Shown: positions 49,909 through 61,211 of the stretch, piece by piece
Layout: each line of letters starts with the position of its first letter
Position numbering within the stretch: the first letter of the stretch is position 1
DNA from: Marsupella aquatica
Lineage: Eukaryota > Plantae > Marchantiophyta
Assembly (NCBI GenBank): GCA_973895155.1
Contig: OZ316898.1
Span: forward strand, 19,417,292 to 19,481,291
Length of the DNA: 64,000 nt
Reading direction: 5' to 3'
Notes under the pieces: generated by a model
The model's input: the letters and a program-made list of their open reading frames with translations, nothing else
What the model was told of the DNA's origin: nothing
Databases searched by the model: none
Made by a program: the position numbers and the translations under genes

Positions 49909-52900
49909 AAGACAACTTGGCCATCTGCTTTAGTCTATGTGCTTTGAGGTGGGGTTTGTTATTCTTTGATTTCTCAACAATGATTTCACACTCCCCCTTA
50001 TTGTTCCAATTGATCTGGACTCAGTATTTTATTATAAAAGGGGTTCAGAGTTTGTTTGATGACCAACAAAAGAGTTTACGATAGTGCTTACTATAACAGT
50101 TTGCCATAGCCCTCATTAGGTGTGCAAAGTCCAATCACGATATTTATTTTAACCTATTCCACAATCTTATCTTAAAAAAGATTTACAAATCATAGATTCT
50201 AAGAATCTTCTACAATTTCTTAGAACATAATTATTTCCATCTCACAAAATTCTTCTTATCTTCGTATCTTTCAATAGATTTGTGAAACTTAGAATAGGAA
50301 TGTACAATTAGATTCTTAGAATATCTACCATATGAATTTAAACAGATTCTTGGTATTGAAATGATAGAGGTGATTCTGTCCCACTTCTCTACGATAACTC
50401 TAGACTACATCCTATCCGTCCCTTTCACAAAGTCACTTCATTCATCCCAAGACGCATTCTCCAAACTGACCTCATCTATCGTTATATATGACCCAAGTTT
50501 GTCATCATCCCCTCCGTCAATTCACTGTAAAGGGCATGCGTTCACACCTATCAACATCCCATCCCATTCCATTCCATCACCTCACGGGAGGAGCAATGCT
50601 ATTATATCATGAAACCTTGTTATTTAAATCAATGATTGCACACTCTATATCACCACATTTTGATGTGTGATTACCGGCAGGGTTATGTCATGGACGGTTG
50701 GATGTGCAGCCTGAAAAGGTTCCACAAAATGTGAAGGCAGAAAGATGCCTTAGACCTGTTGGAATCATACACATTATTATATTTTGTTATATATATAAAT
50801 TGAAGGCAATCATGTCTGTACACTTTTCAATAAAGAGTATTGAGCTGTATTGGACAAAAGTATTTTGGAAGGAAACGAAAGCAAATCACAAATATGAAGT
50901 TGTGAGATCTCTAGAGACTATCACAACCCTCCTCTCAATGTAGTATCGCTGTTCAAACCTTCGAAAAACAGTCGCTCACCAAATCAAGAATTGGCCTTCG
51001 AGAAACCTGTCTAAGTAGTGGTCTAAGTATTAGAAACTATCATTCTTACTGTCCACCAAATTTGTCGGGGGATTGTTTCCCTTTTAAGCCTTCTTTGCAG
51101 GCAATTCCATGAAATTGGCATGCAATTGATGTATCTGTATGTTGGCGCAGCTGAGAGCAGCACAACTTATTCGAGGATGAACTGGCTGGGCACTTGGCGT
51201 TCTTTCAGAAGACAGAGTAAACCATGGAACAATGTAGCTGGGTTCACCACATGCTACGGAAATCTATGACTCTTGGAATTTGAAATCCCATTCTTTGACA
51301 TTTCTATTGACTTTATATCACCTCAGAACTAATCCCTGTGCCAGTTTAACAAGCTCGTTCCAAACTCGTTCCCTGCTCCTCTCTTTCTCGTCTCACTGAG
51401 AGAATTAGAGCCCGTTGGTTGTTAGGGAAGGTCTTCTGTAAGCAGCTTCCAGAAATGTGAGTTCCACTTTCTCGTAAAGATCGAGTCGAGCAAGCTCTCG
51501 GTCTATGAAATTGTGAAATGGATGCATACTGGTCAAAATCAGCTTTCCGGTAGTAACATCAATTTGGTCCCTGATTAGGGAAGGGTGCTTCTTCAAGAGC
51601 ATGGCTTGATCTTGCTTGCAGTTCTTTCGATCCAAAATTCAGTTCCCTGTGCAATCGACAGCAACACCTGCGGTCAGCTGCTACGGTACCCAAGTGACTG
51701 ATTGCTCGTACACCGACGAGGCTATCTACTGACGAATTGCTACTTGGATTGCTACTCGGATTGCTACTAGTAGCAATCTCGAAGGACTAACAGTCGGTCA
51801 CTAACTCGCACTCTTCCAAAAGCACAACTGCTCCCAAAAGAATGCAAGATGATTTAAATCATTAGATTGTCTGTCACAAAGGATCTCTAGTGTGCTCAGA
51901 GTCTAGCCTCCAGATCACCACTATCCTACAATTCGAGACGCTGCAGGATTGGACTCTTTGAAAGGGAGCATTTTCAGTCGCCAATGGGATTCCAAAGACT
52001 AGAACACAAGATGCGACTACCAGCAACCCAACAGAATGACTCGATGACGATAACGATAACCACCATAGCTAAGGTTGGTACGAGTTTTCCAACATTCTCA
52101 ACAACTACAGTTGAATGAAGGACTCCAACTGTCACTCTCGTTGTTGTCTCTGAATCGGATTTGCGAGTGTGATCGAGCTTTAGTAATGCCAGGCAGGAAT
52201 TGAATCTCCTCGACAGAACTTCCTTTCATCATATGGTCAGCTGTCCCAAACCCCATACACCCGTTGAACTCCACTTCGACGTCTGCCTTAGCTCCCACAT
52301 TTTATCACCCTTTGTATTCCGATGGGTTCAAGCCTTTCAAGAGTACATCATCATGGGCATAAATTTGACAAGCCCTTCGGTGATTTTTTTCCCTTTGTAA
52401 ATTTCAGTGCTTTTATGGAGAGGAGTGGATTGGCCATTATGAATTTCTCCAGCCTCTACTGGTACTCAAATGAAAAATCTCTTAGGCGTTTAATTGATGA
52501 ATGGCCACTAAGTGTATCAATGCCATGTTAAGAGGGCATCATGGGCAATAATAACCCCTCCAACTAGAGCTAAAGTCCCATTTTGGGGCTTAGTTAAGAT
52601 TCAATTAAAGTTTTTTTAGTGTAGTTTTCCTGGTATTTGTGTAAATCTACAATGTTCACCATAATTGGTCTTATCTTGGAATTAGAGTTTCTCTGATTAA
52701 GCTTGGTAACCCTAATTTCATTGCGGGGCCAACTCCAGCAGAATATAACTCTAATTACAGTGGGTTTTCTTGAATGAATGAGACTGATTTCCATTTGTTA
52801 AGCCCTACTATAGTTGCCCTCTCACAATCTTGCTCTTGTTCTCTCTCCGTAATGATCCACCCATACACAATGTGTCCGGTGGTCTCCCTCAATTGTTTCA

Positions 52901-53569
52901 ATTGATTATACTTCAGGGCCAAGTTATGCTCCAAATGGTGTTATGCACTAAGAATAGTAAATAGCCTAATGTCACTCAATACAATGAACTTTGAATTTCT
53001 CACTTACCTTCAGTTTAGCTCGAGTGGTGCCCATAACGCCCTCATAACATAACTTTAACCTTAGTAGAGGCCAAAGAGATTTACTATCACTTTTCTTAGT
53101 AAAAGTACTCCTAGTTACAAATGTAGACTCTCCATTCTTCTCCCCAAAAACCCAAAATTACTCCCTAACTTGACGCACCCAAATTTACAAAGCTACCCTC
53201 TATTCTGTTGTCCGTCCATTAAGGAGTGTCATTTCATTAAAGCACCCAAATTTACCAGAGAAATCACCAAGGACATTAATTAAGGTACTATACTATGCTG
53301 TGTTGTACCTTACGGAGTCTCAGTTAATGCATACGGTTGAGTCTTGATGTGTCATGAGTACATCTTTAGCGACATGGTTCCGATACGGTACCCATGGGTC
53401 ATAAGGACTTTGTCGGATCCTCCCCAACCGTATGATGACGCGATGTCGTCAGGTGTATGTCACAGCATGTCCTCTCATGACTTGTCATGTCATGTCTGAT
53501 CATGTTGCACGATATCGAGCCATCCATCTATCCGTGATACATCTCAGAGTCATCGTTAATATACATCTT

Positions 53570-53890
53570 AGTGCCAAAGTACAAAAGCGCCAACCAGGGA
53601 GACATGATCCAAAAAAGAAAAAAACCCAATAAAAGGAGGGGGAAAGGACCCCAAGACGACCAGAGAGGCCAAACTAAGCAAAGACGGGCCAAAAACAACA
53701 AAAGAACCAGATGCCCACAAAATAGCCTAATAGACTAAAACCCCAATGGGGGAGATATGATCCCAAAGGTGAAAAAACCCAATAAAGGAAGGGGGGAAGG
53801 ACCTAAAGAAAACCAGAGAAGCCAAACAAAGCAATGAGGCCCCAAACAACAAAAGAACCAGAAACCCACACCGTAGCCAAGTAGAGTAAA
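53570..53890 (-). repeat. Dispersed repeat copy containing a ~153-bp tandem duplication
   Basis: GGGAGA.ATGATCC.AAA..AAAAAACCCAATAAA.GA.GGGGG.AAGGACC..AAACAACAAAAGAACCAGA..CCCACA at ~53597 and ~53750. Confidence 0.8.
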
Positions 53891-54069
53891 TGCCGTACTG
53901 GGCAGAAAACTTTAGCCAGGGTGTGGAATGTCACCTTGGGAAGGGATGCTCTCATGGACCTAGTTAGTGAACCGTGGTGCCCCATGGATTGTGACACCTT
54001 TTACATGTTTTACACCTTCACTTACTGACACTTTTCTTGTTCTCAAAACATTTTCAACAATAGGGTTTT

Positions 54070-54227
54070 GACCTTCAATATGTCCCTTTTCAATGTAGCT
54101 GAATTGGCTCTTCTTGAGCTAGTTAGAAGAGACTTGGAAAGATCTTTCCAACCCGTCTAATATCTCAAGTTTTTAAGAAGAATTGACAGAATAATGAACT
54201 TCTAAAGAACACTCCATCACTCAATGT
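54070..54227 (-). repeat. Inverted copy of the 96-243 repeat
   Basis: 22-bp exact core plus aligned flanks; includes the palindrome TTGGAAAGATCTTTCCAA. Confidence 0.7.
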
Positions 54228-57200
54228 CCAAACTTTACACTTTCAAAAGTTTGCTAGTATCCATGCTAATTTCTTACTGGATAGTGTTCTCTCCCTTTGG
54301 CTCCTTAGATTGAGGGAAATATCACATGTTCACATATAATGACATATTGCATTCAAAGACAATACCCTCCCCTCTAGTACGAGGTCTGGGAAATTCTATG
54401 ACATGGAGCCTTCTATTCAAGGGAAAAACATTATTTTCGAGACATCCACTATTTTTACACCCTAGCCTTATGTTTGGGACCAGACTGTACAAATGAGAAA
54501 AACAACGTAATAAGCAAAGCATTTATTTGACCAGGAGTCTACCCACAAGACAAAAGCAATTCTTGATCAAACTGATTACAAATGTCAAAAACAAGAAAAT
54601 CTGGATTTGCCAAATCAATGGCCCAAACGACTGTTACAACACCCAATTGTATTGTTATATTTAGACAAGGGTTAGAAAATTAACTCTTGATACTGAACAC
54701 AAACGGATCCGACTAGCGCAGGTAGTTAGATAAACCAGGCCTGGTTAGCTATGAACCTTAGACACGTGTTGGAAATATAAAGTGTTATCCATGATTGTAT
54801 TACTCTCTGGAGCTCTAGAAATGCACCTTTTGTTGCAAACACATGACTCACATGTTATGTGTGCATCCCAAGAAATTATGCTGGGCAAACATAATATGAT
54901 TCTTGATAATTCTTGTCTACTGAATTCTATGGTTGACGGAAGTTTAGAGTCAATTATGTTACAATCACAAGGAGAATTGCAGGAGGTACTAGAAATATTC
55001 GCTTTTTTATACTAAAATATCTAACATGTATGTATACCCATTTCAAAAATGAATTGATATAATATAAAATTGTAACAAAAAGCTACTATACTTACAAAGT
55101 TCCACAGTTTGTCACTGATGTTTCTCATCTTCTTCCGATTATAAACATATCATCTACTATCTTAAACATCAATAATAAATAAAAGAATTTTCTAAATCAT
55201 AGTAAAATAATAAATTTTCTTGTTATTTTGAGTCCTTCAAAATATTCTTTAACAGCAAAGTAGAGCTTCCTACTATTTTGAGCCCTTCCTAATATATCTT
55301 AATGTAAAAAAGATTCTCCTTGGATTTTGAGCCCTTCTAGTAGGGCTGGTGGGCTAGGTTTTCCATGACAGCTGTTTACATGCTAAGTCTGTGGTCTGTT
55401 TGGCAGCAACTGACAATGGCACATATGAGGTCCCAGGTTCATAATGACTTAACCAAGGTTAAAATTAGCAACCAAGGTTAAAACCGTAGTTAGACTCGGG
55501 GTTAGAATACAAACAGTTAAGGACATTCTCAACTTTGTTACATTGTTAACCAAATTAGTCTAAAACAAACTTAACGATGGCTGAAAGTGTGGCAAACCAG
55601 TAAAACTTGGAAGCTACATAAACCATGAGCTACAAACAATGTGGGGTACAAAGAAGTCTTACTAAGTGAATTGGTTGGTTGCACTTGCCATGTCTCTTCC
55701 AAACATTTTCGTCCAGGTACCAAAGCTTAAGTGTGGAGTCTGGTGTGGAGTCTGCCACTACACTTGCAATACATACGTGAGATTTTCCTTAATGTCAACA
55801 CCTTTGCAAGAGTGGGCTAGAGGGGGCAAAGTTGGCAAATGGAAACTACTCTTCCTTGTTGCCATCAATCCCCCAAATACCCATCCCATTTTGACTGCAT
55901 GGAGTGAAATAATAGAATGGGACCCTCAAAATTGCATGCGAGGGTGGGGTCAAAAATAGAATGATGGATCAAAGAATATGTCTCCTAAACATAATTTAGT
56001 CCAGTTGTTAGACAGTGACGGGCTCTGATCGTGGACCTGGTCTCACTTCACAACAGGAGAAAGTTTTGACATAGTTTAATGGCATCATGTTTCTTGCAGG
56101 ATTGCTCTGAGTGTTATATTTCACTTTTTTTAATGTCCTTGCCCGGGGTCTCACTATATGGAAGCCTCCCCATCACCTACAACGTTTTTAGGCCTCAGAC
56201 TCCCTAATATGAAAGAAGTTTTTTAACCCCTATAAAGTTGGAATCTTCTTGAAATATTCCAAAATTTTGATTAAAAAAACTCTAATGTTCTCTTATAAGT
56301 CTTAAAATTCTAAAGTATTCCCTTAGAATCAATAAAATGACCTTATCCTTGGTCGATCGCACGTGATGTGTCATTTTTGTGGAAGTAAAACCCCTGAGTG
56401 TCTTGCGCAACATCTTGTCTAGTGATAAGAGATACAATATTCCACCTTACTGAAAAGCATTCGTCACTTTGGACAAATTTGACAGTCATTTTGTCTTTGA
56501 TTAGCCAGGATGCTGCCTTTGACACCATTTTGTGGTTGGTTTCCCACCTAGCGAGCGACCCCGTCTTCTAGAATCATACACTTATCCTTAAATCTAGGGA
56601 TGATGGTCACAAATTATTCTAGGAATTAGACAAGAACATCAAACCTCAAAGCTTGATGTACCTTAACTAATGGGTTAAAGTTGGGGACTATCAAAATATT
56701 TCATAATCCATAACTTTTGCCATAGAGAATGATCATATGCCATGACCCTAAATAATTGTAGAGGCTAGTAAAAGCAACTGAAGCAAAAAAATAGTCTAAA
56801 GAACCCTGTGAAAAAAGTTATGACGTTTTCCCTATGGCCAGAAGCCATCACCCATAAGAAGCTTTGAGAAGCACTACTATAGACAGTGTCTAAGTGCACT
56901 TTTGATAACTGCATTCAGAGGTTAAATGCAGGCTGGCCTGTAGTCCCTAATATTAGAGCAATTTTCTATGTAAATGCACCAGATGATGCACTTTGTATCA
57001 GTGCATCTCAACCTTCACCAAACAACAAATATTATTTAACTGCATTCTGTCCATAAAAGTACACATGCCTTTATCTGTTATTGCATATAGTAAACAAGAT
57101 GCATTTATTGATAAACATCTTGCAACAATTTCATAGAGTAGTTCTAGCACTTACTTATACCAGCCTGCTACAATCACAAGAATGCTTACATGCACTTATC

Positions 57201-57349
57201 CAGTTCAAAAGGGCTTATAGGAGGGTTTAGAGTATGAGGACTTCAATGTGCCACCTGATAACAGAATAAGCAACCTGACCAGCTAGCCAGTAGCAGCGTG
57301 CCGCATGGCAATGGGAACCTGGTCATGAGTTAGCTCATAGTCAGTATTT

Positions 57350-57367
57350 GGGGGGGGGGGGGGGGGG
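57350..57367 (+). repeat. G18 homopolymer (G-quadruplex capable)
   Basis: Read directly. Confidence 0.9.
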
Positions 57368-58373
57368 TGCAGGTTGATACATAATTTTGTTTGGGGGGCA
57401 CATTAGACAGTAATGTTGAGTAGTTTGGGGGACAAGTTAGACAGTGAAAAGCTGTAAAGTGGGAAAAGTATACAATTAGGGACAATTGGTGTCTCATTCT
57501 GAGGTATTTTGTCAATTGTATATGTCAGCATACACAAGGAGACCATATACAACAGGAAAAACTACCTCATAGTGAAATGAACAGGAGCCCTTAGCTTTTC
57601 GTCAAGGGTGATTTAAACACTAATTATCCATGGACTAACCAACATGCCTGGCTGCATGATTTGATAGTAACTTTGTGTTGCGTATATACATGTGAATAGT
57701 GTCTAAGACTATGAGATACACATGAAATAGTGTCTAAGACTATGAGATATAATCATGGTTAGAAGTGCTTGAGGGGCAACAACCTATAGCACCAAAACGC
57801 TAAGAAGCACCCAAACACCTTAACCCAGCCAAACTCTGCAAACAATAGGGAACCAACACCTTAACAGGGTCGGGCCGGGTCATTGCAGCGTGCAAGGAAA
57901 GTGAAAATCTTCCTCGCACGAGCAAAGCAAACTTTTTTCTCATATGATCTCTAATTTTTCTATATCCAACTGCCTTGTTAACAACAACCTGGTAGATAAC
58001 ATCCATTTTTGGAACTCCGAGTTTTGCTAGCAACCTCCCTAGCCATTTGGAGTCATAAAACAAAACAAAAAAAATATTAAAGGCAGAAAAATGCAAAAGA
58101 AATTAAAATCACTAGTGGCTCGCTACCAACAGTCTCCTCGCTAAAAGAATTCCTGCTTGCTCGCATTATACAATACCTCGGGCCAAAGTCCGCAAACACT
58201 AGGGCCCCCCCTCTCAGTCCGGACCTTTGAAAACAAAGACAAGAGGAGCATGTGGTCCTACTCTCAAAGCTTTATCCCGGGAATTGAGGGGAGTTTTAAT
58301 TAATTAAGGGCCGAATGCATGCATGTCCGATTGCATGTAAAGTACGCACAACCACGACTCTGTACGTCTGCTC

Positions 58374-58537
58374 TCTACTACTCTCGCCACAGTCCTCCGT
58401 CCGTATTCCCTCCCGCTCTCTACTCTCTCGCCACAGTCCTCCGTCCTTATTCCCTCCTCTCTACTCTCTCGCCATAGTACTCCGTCCGTATTTCCTCCGC
58501 TCTTACTCTCTCGCCACAGTCCGCCGTCCGTATTCCG
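58374..58537. repeat. ~41-bp GC-rich minisatellite x4 at the probable ALKBH10 promoter/TSS
   Basis: CTCTACT(A/CT)CTCTCGCCACAGTCCTCCGTCCGTATTCCCTCC repeated four times with small variants. Confidence 0.93.
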
Positions 58538-61211
58538 ACGGTGATCTGCTTCCTCGTCGATGCTTTGTTGCAATCGTTCGTTGGCTGTCGGCCTAAAGTA
58601 AAAGCCATTCGGAGAGCGTGCGATTTTCTCTCGCCCGGCTCACACGGAACAGAGTGAGAGTGAGAGAGCGAGGCAGAGCATTTGCAGCGCAGAAACAGAG
58701 CATTTGCAGCGCAGAGCAGAGCAGAGGCAGATCACAGCAGAGAGAGGGCAGCGCCATAATTATCGGGACACGACGGGAGGAGACCGACAAATCTTCGGGC
58801 CGCGAGCACGCCAGCCATTTGTCCAACGTTTGGGTTGTGTCGTTCGTCACCGTAGCCTGGCGACGAGCTCGCAATCGGCACACGTAGCCGGTCCATCGCG
58901 AAATGCTGAGGAAATGAGACAAAGAGCACACAGAGAAACGAAGGGAAATGAACGATTTCCTCGTCTTCGATTCCTGTTTCTCTCGTCCGCATTTCAGCAT
59001 TACTGCAGATCCTACAGTTTTATTACAGGCACTGTAGGAGTGTAGGACCAGCATCGCCACCACCTCCACCACCATCACCGCTGGTGCCCACTCGCCCGGT
59101 GGTTGGCTACTACTCGGCTGGCGGACTGGCTGGCTGCAGGGACGGGTACCTGCAGGGAGCATAGAACACGGTTGTAGATCCGCCCGAGAAGGAGGGGATC
59201 CACAACTCCAGGTAATGTGGAATTGAATTTACCATACCAGGTTTGGATGTCCATGACTGTGGTGCAGTGGTGGAGTTTGGTTTTGCGAGAGAAGGGGTCT
59301 TTGTTTTTTTGCGGAAAGGAGTTTGCTGTCACAGTACTGCATCGCATCACAACAGGAATGAATTTATTTTTTATTTTGGGAGCTGGCTGGAGAGAGGAGT
59401 CTGGATGGTTTATCGGCATCGGTGAGTGAGCACGCGAGAGGAAGGGAGGAGGAGGACGGGAAGCAAAGGAAGGGGCGAGGAAAGAGAAGGAGGGGGAAAG
59501 AAAATCTGACTTCAAGAGTTCCGTCAAGGTGCAAGCGGCAGTTTTCTTTGGCACTGTTGCATTGCGAGGCAATTTGGTTGTTGGAGTGCAACATTTTGGG
59601 TCTAGCTCGAGAATGCGGTGCTGTCTTCGTCGTCGTTGTTGTTGTCACCTGTAGTCTTCGTGATGAGGAGTGATGGAGTGAGCGTGCGGATGATGGATGA
59701 AATGACGACGAGCACAGTTGCATTGTAGGCGTTTCCTCTATGGTTTTGCGAACTAAGCTTGTTGACTGGAGGACTTGCTTGCTTGTGGGTTTGATTGATT
59801 GATTGATTGATCGCGTGCTTCATGCACCGAGTGCTGTCTGTCTCTGCGTGCGCATCTGGCCCGCAGATCTGGCTTGCATTACTGTGCTTGCGCTCTTGTT
59901 TCGCTGTTAGTGTGTGTGACATGTGGTGGATCGATCGATTGGTTGATCGCAGCGCCAGGGCTGTACAGTATACTGCATTACAATGCTTCCTCGAGAAGCA
60001 GAGGAGGGGCTGCTGCTGATGGTGGTTGCCTAAGGGAATGCGTGCTTGAAAGCTTTTTGAGAAGCGCCGGAGTAGAGTGGAGGAAGGCGGGACCATAGGA
60101 ATGAATAAGTGAACGATCCAGTCGGCAATCGTCGCTCCCGATTTCGTTATCGTTGAGATGCGATGAGATGACATGATATGAGATGAGCTGAGGCGAGATG
60201 ACATGATGATAGGCACGGTGGTGTTCTGCGAGCAACTGCGGGAGCAGATGGATTGGGTCAGATGTGTGCTGTGGAGGAATTGAGCTCTTGGTGCTTGTCA
60301 AGGGAATGCTGCTGCGGCTCTTCTGGTAGATCGACGTTAGCCCTTCTCACAGATCTTCTTCTGTATGGCCTGCGAGTTGACGGAGGGACGGGGATGTTGA
60401 TGCAGATTGAGAAGAGAAAGAGGATGCGGAGTTGTGGTACGACGGCTTGGGTGGCGGAAGTAGAAACGTTTGGCTGCTCGTCTTCTTGTCCTTATTCTTC
60501 TTCTCCATGTTGGAATGCTTTCATTTGAGGATCTTGCGTTCGTCCATTGTCCTCCCCTCGAGTTGGATCTGATTAATGCCCCACGGCAATACTGTCGGCA
60601 CACATTGTCGATTCACAATAGATTGAAGGTTCTCCACGGACTGGACCGCGGCTGACGAAAGCGCTTGGTGTCCATCTAGTTCTAAGCAAGTCTGCTTTAC
60701 TCTCTGTCCGACAGAGAGCTGGGTTGATTTCCTCCCAGTGTTATCCAAGTGCTTGCAGAGCACAGCAGGAAGACCATCTTGCTTCGAGTCGGCTGGAAGA
60801 CAGGGCGCTTATCGATCAGGAAGTGGCCACATATGCAGTGTCTGTTTCAGGTATGTAGATTGCCAACAGACTGGGCGGGACAGCATTGTCAATGGACCGG
60901 CAGAAAGGTGGCTTGATTGAGAGCACCGAGATCTCGTAACCTCCAGCTTGGAATCACAATTCCGTTTCAAAGTGCTTGGAGGTGTCGAAGAGAGCAACTC
61001 CAAGATCAATAAGACTCGGGCTGGCATTGATTGATTGCTGCCACCTCGTTTGACGCGTTAGCTGAAAAAGCAGAGGAAACAGTGACAGTCCACGGTTGAT
61101 CCGCAGGGAAGAGATAGTGATTTCTGATTCTTTGCCTGTATTACGTTACATGAAACGTCGACCGGATGCTGGTTGCAAAACGGAGTAGTTTGGCGAAGAG
61201 TGTGCAGACAC

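Noticed and set aside
58593-60920. Many 60-200 aa ORFs on both strands upstream of ALKBH10
   Set aside because: They arise from GC-rich, microsatellite-laden leader/intron sequence and are not homologous to anything I recognise.
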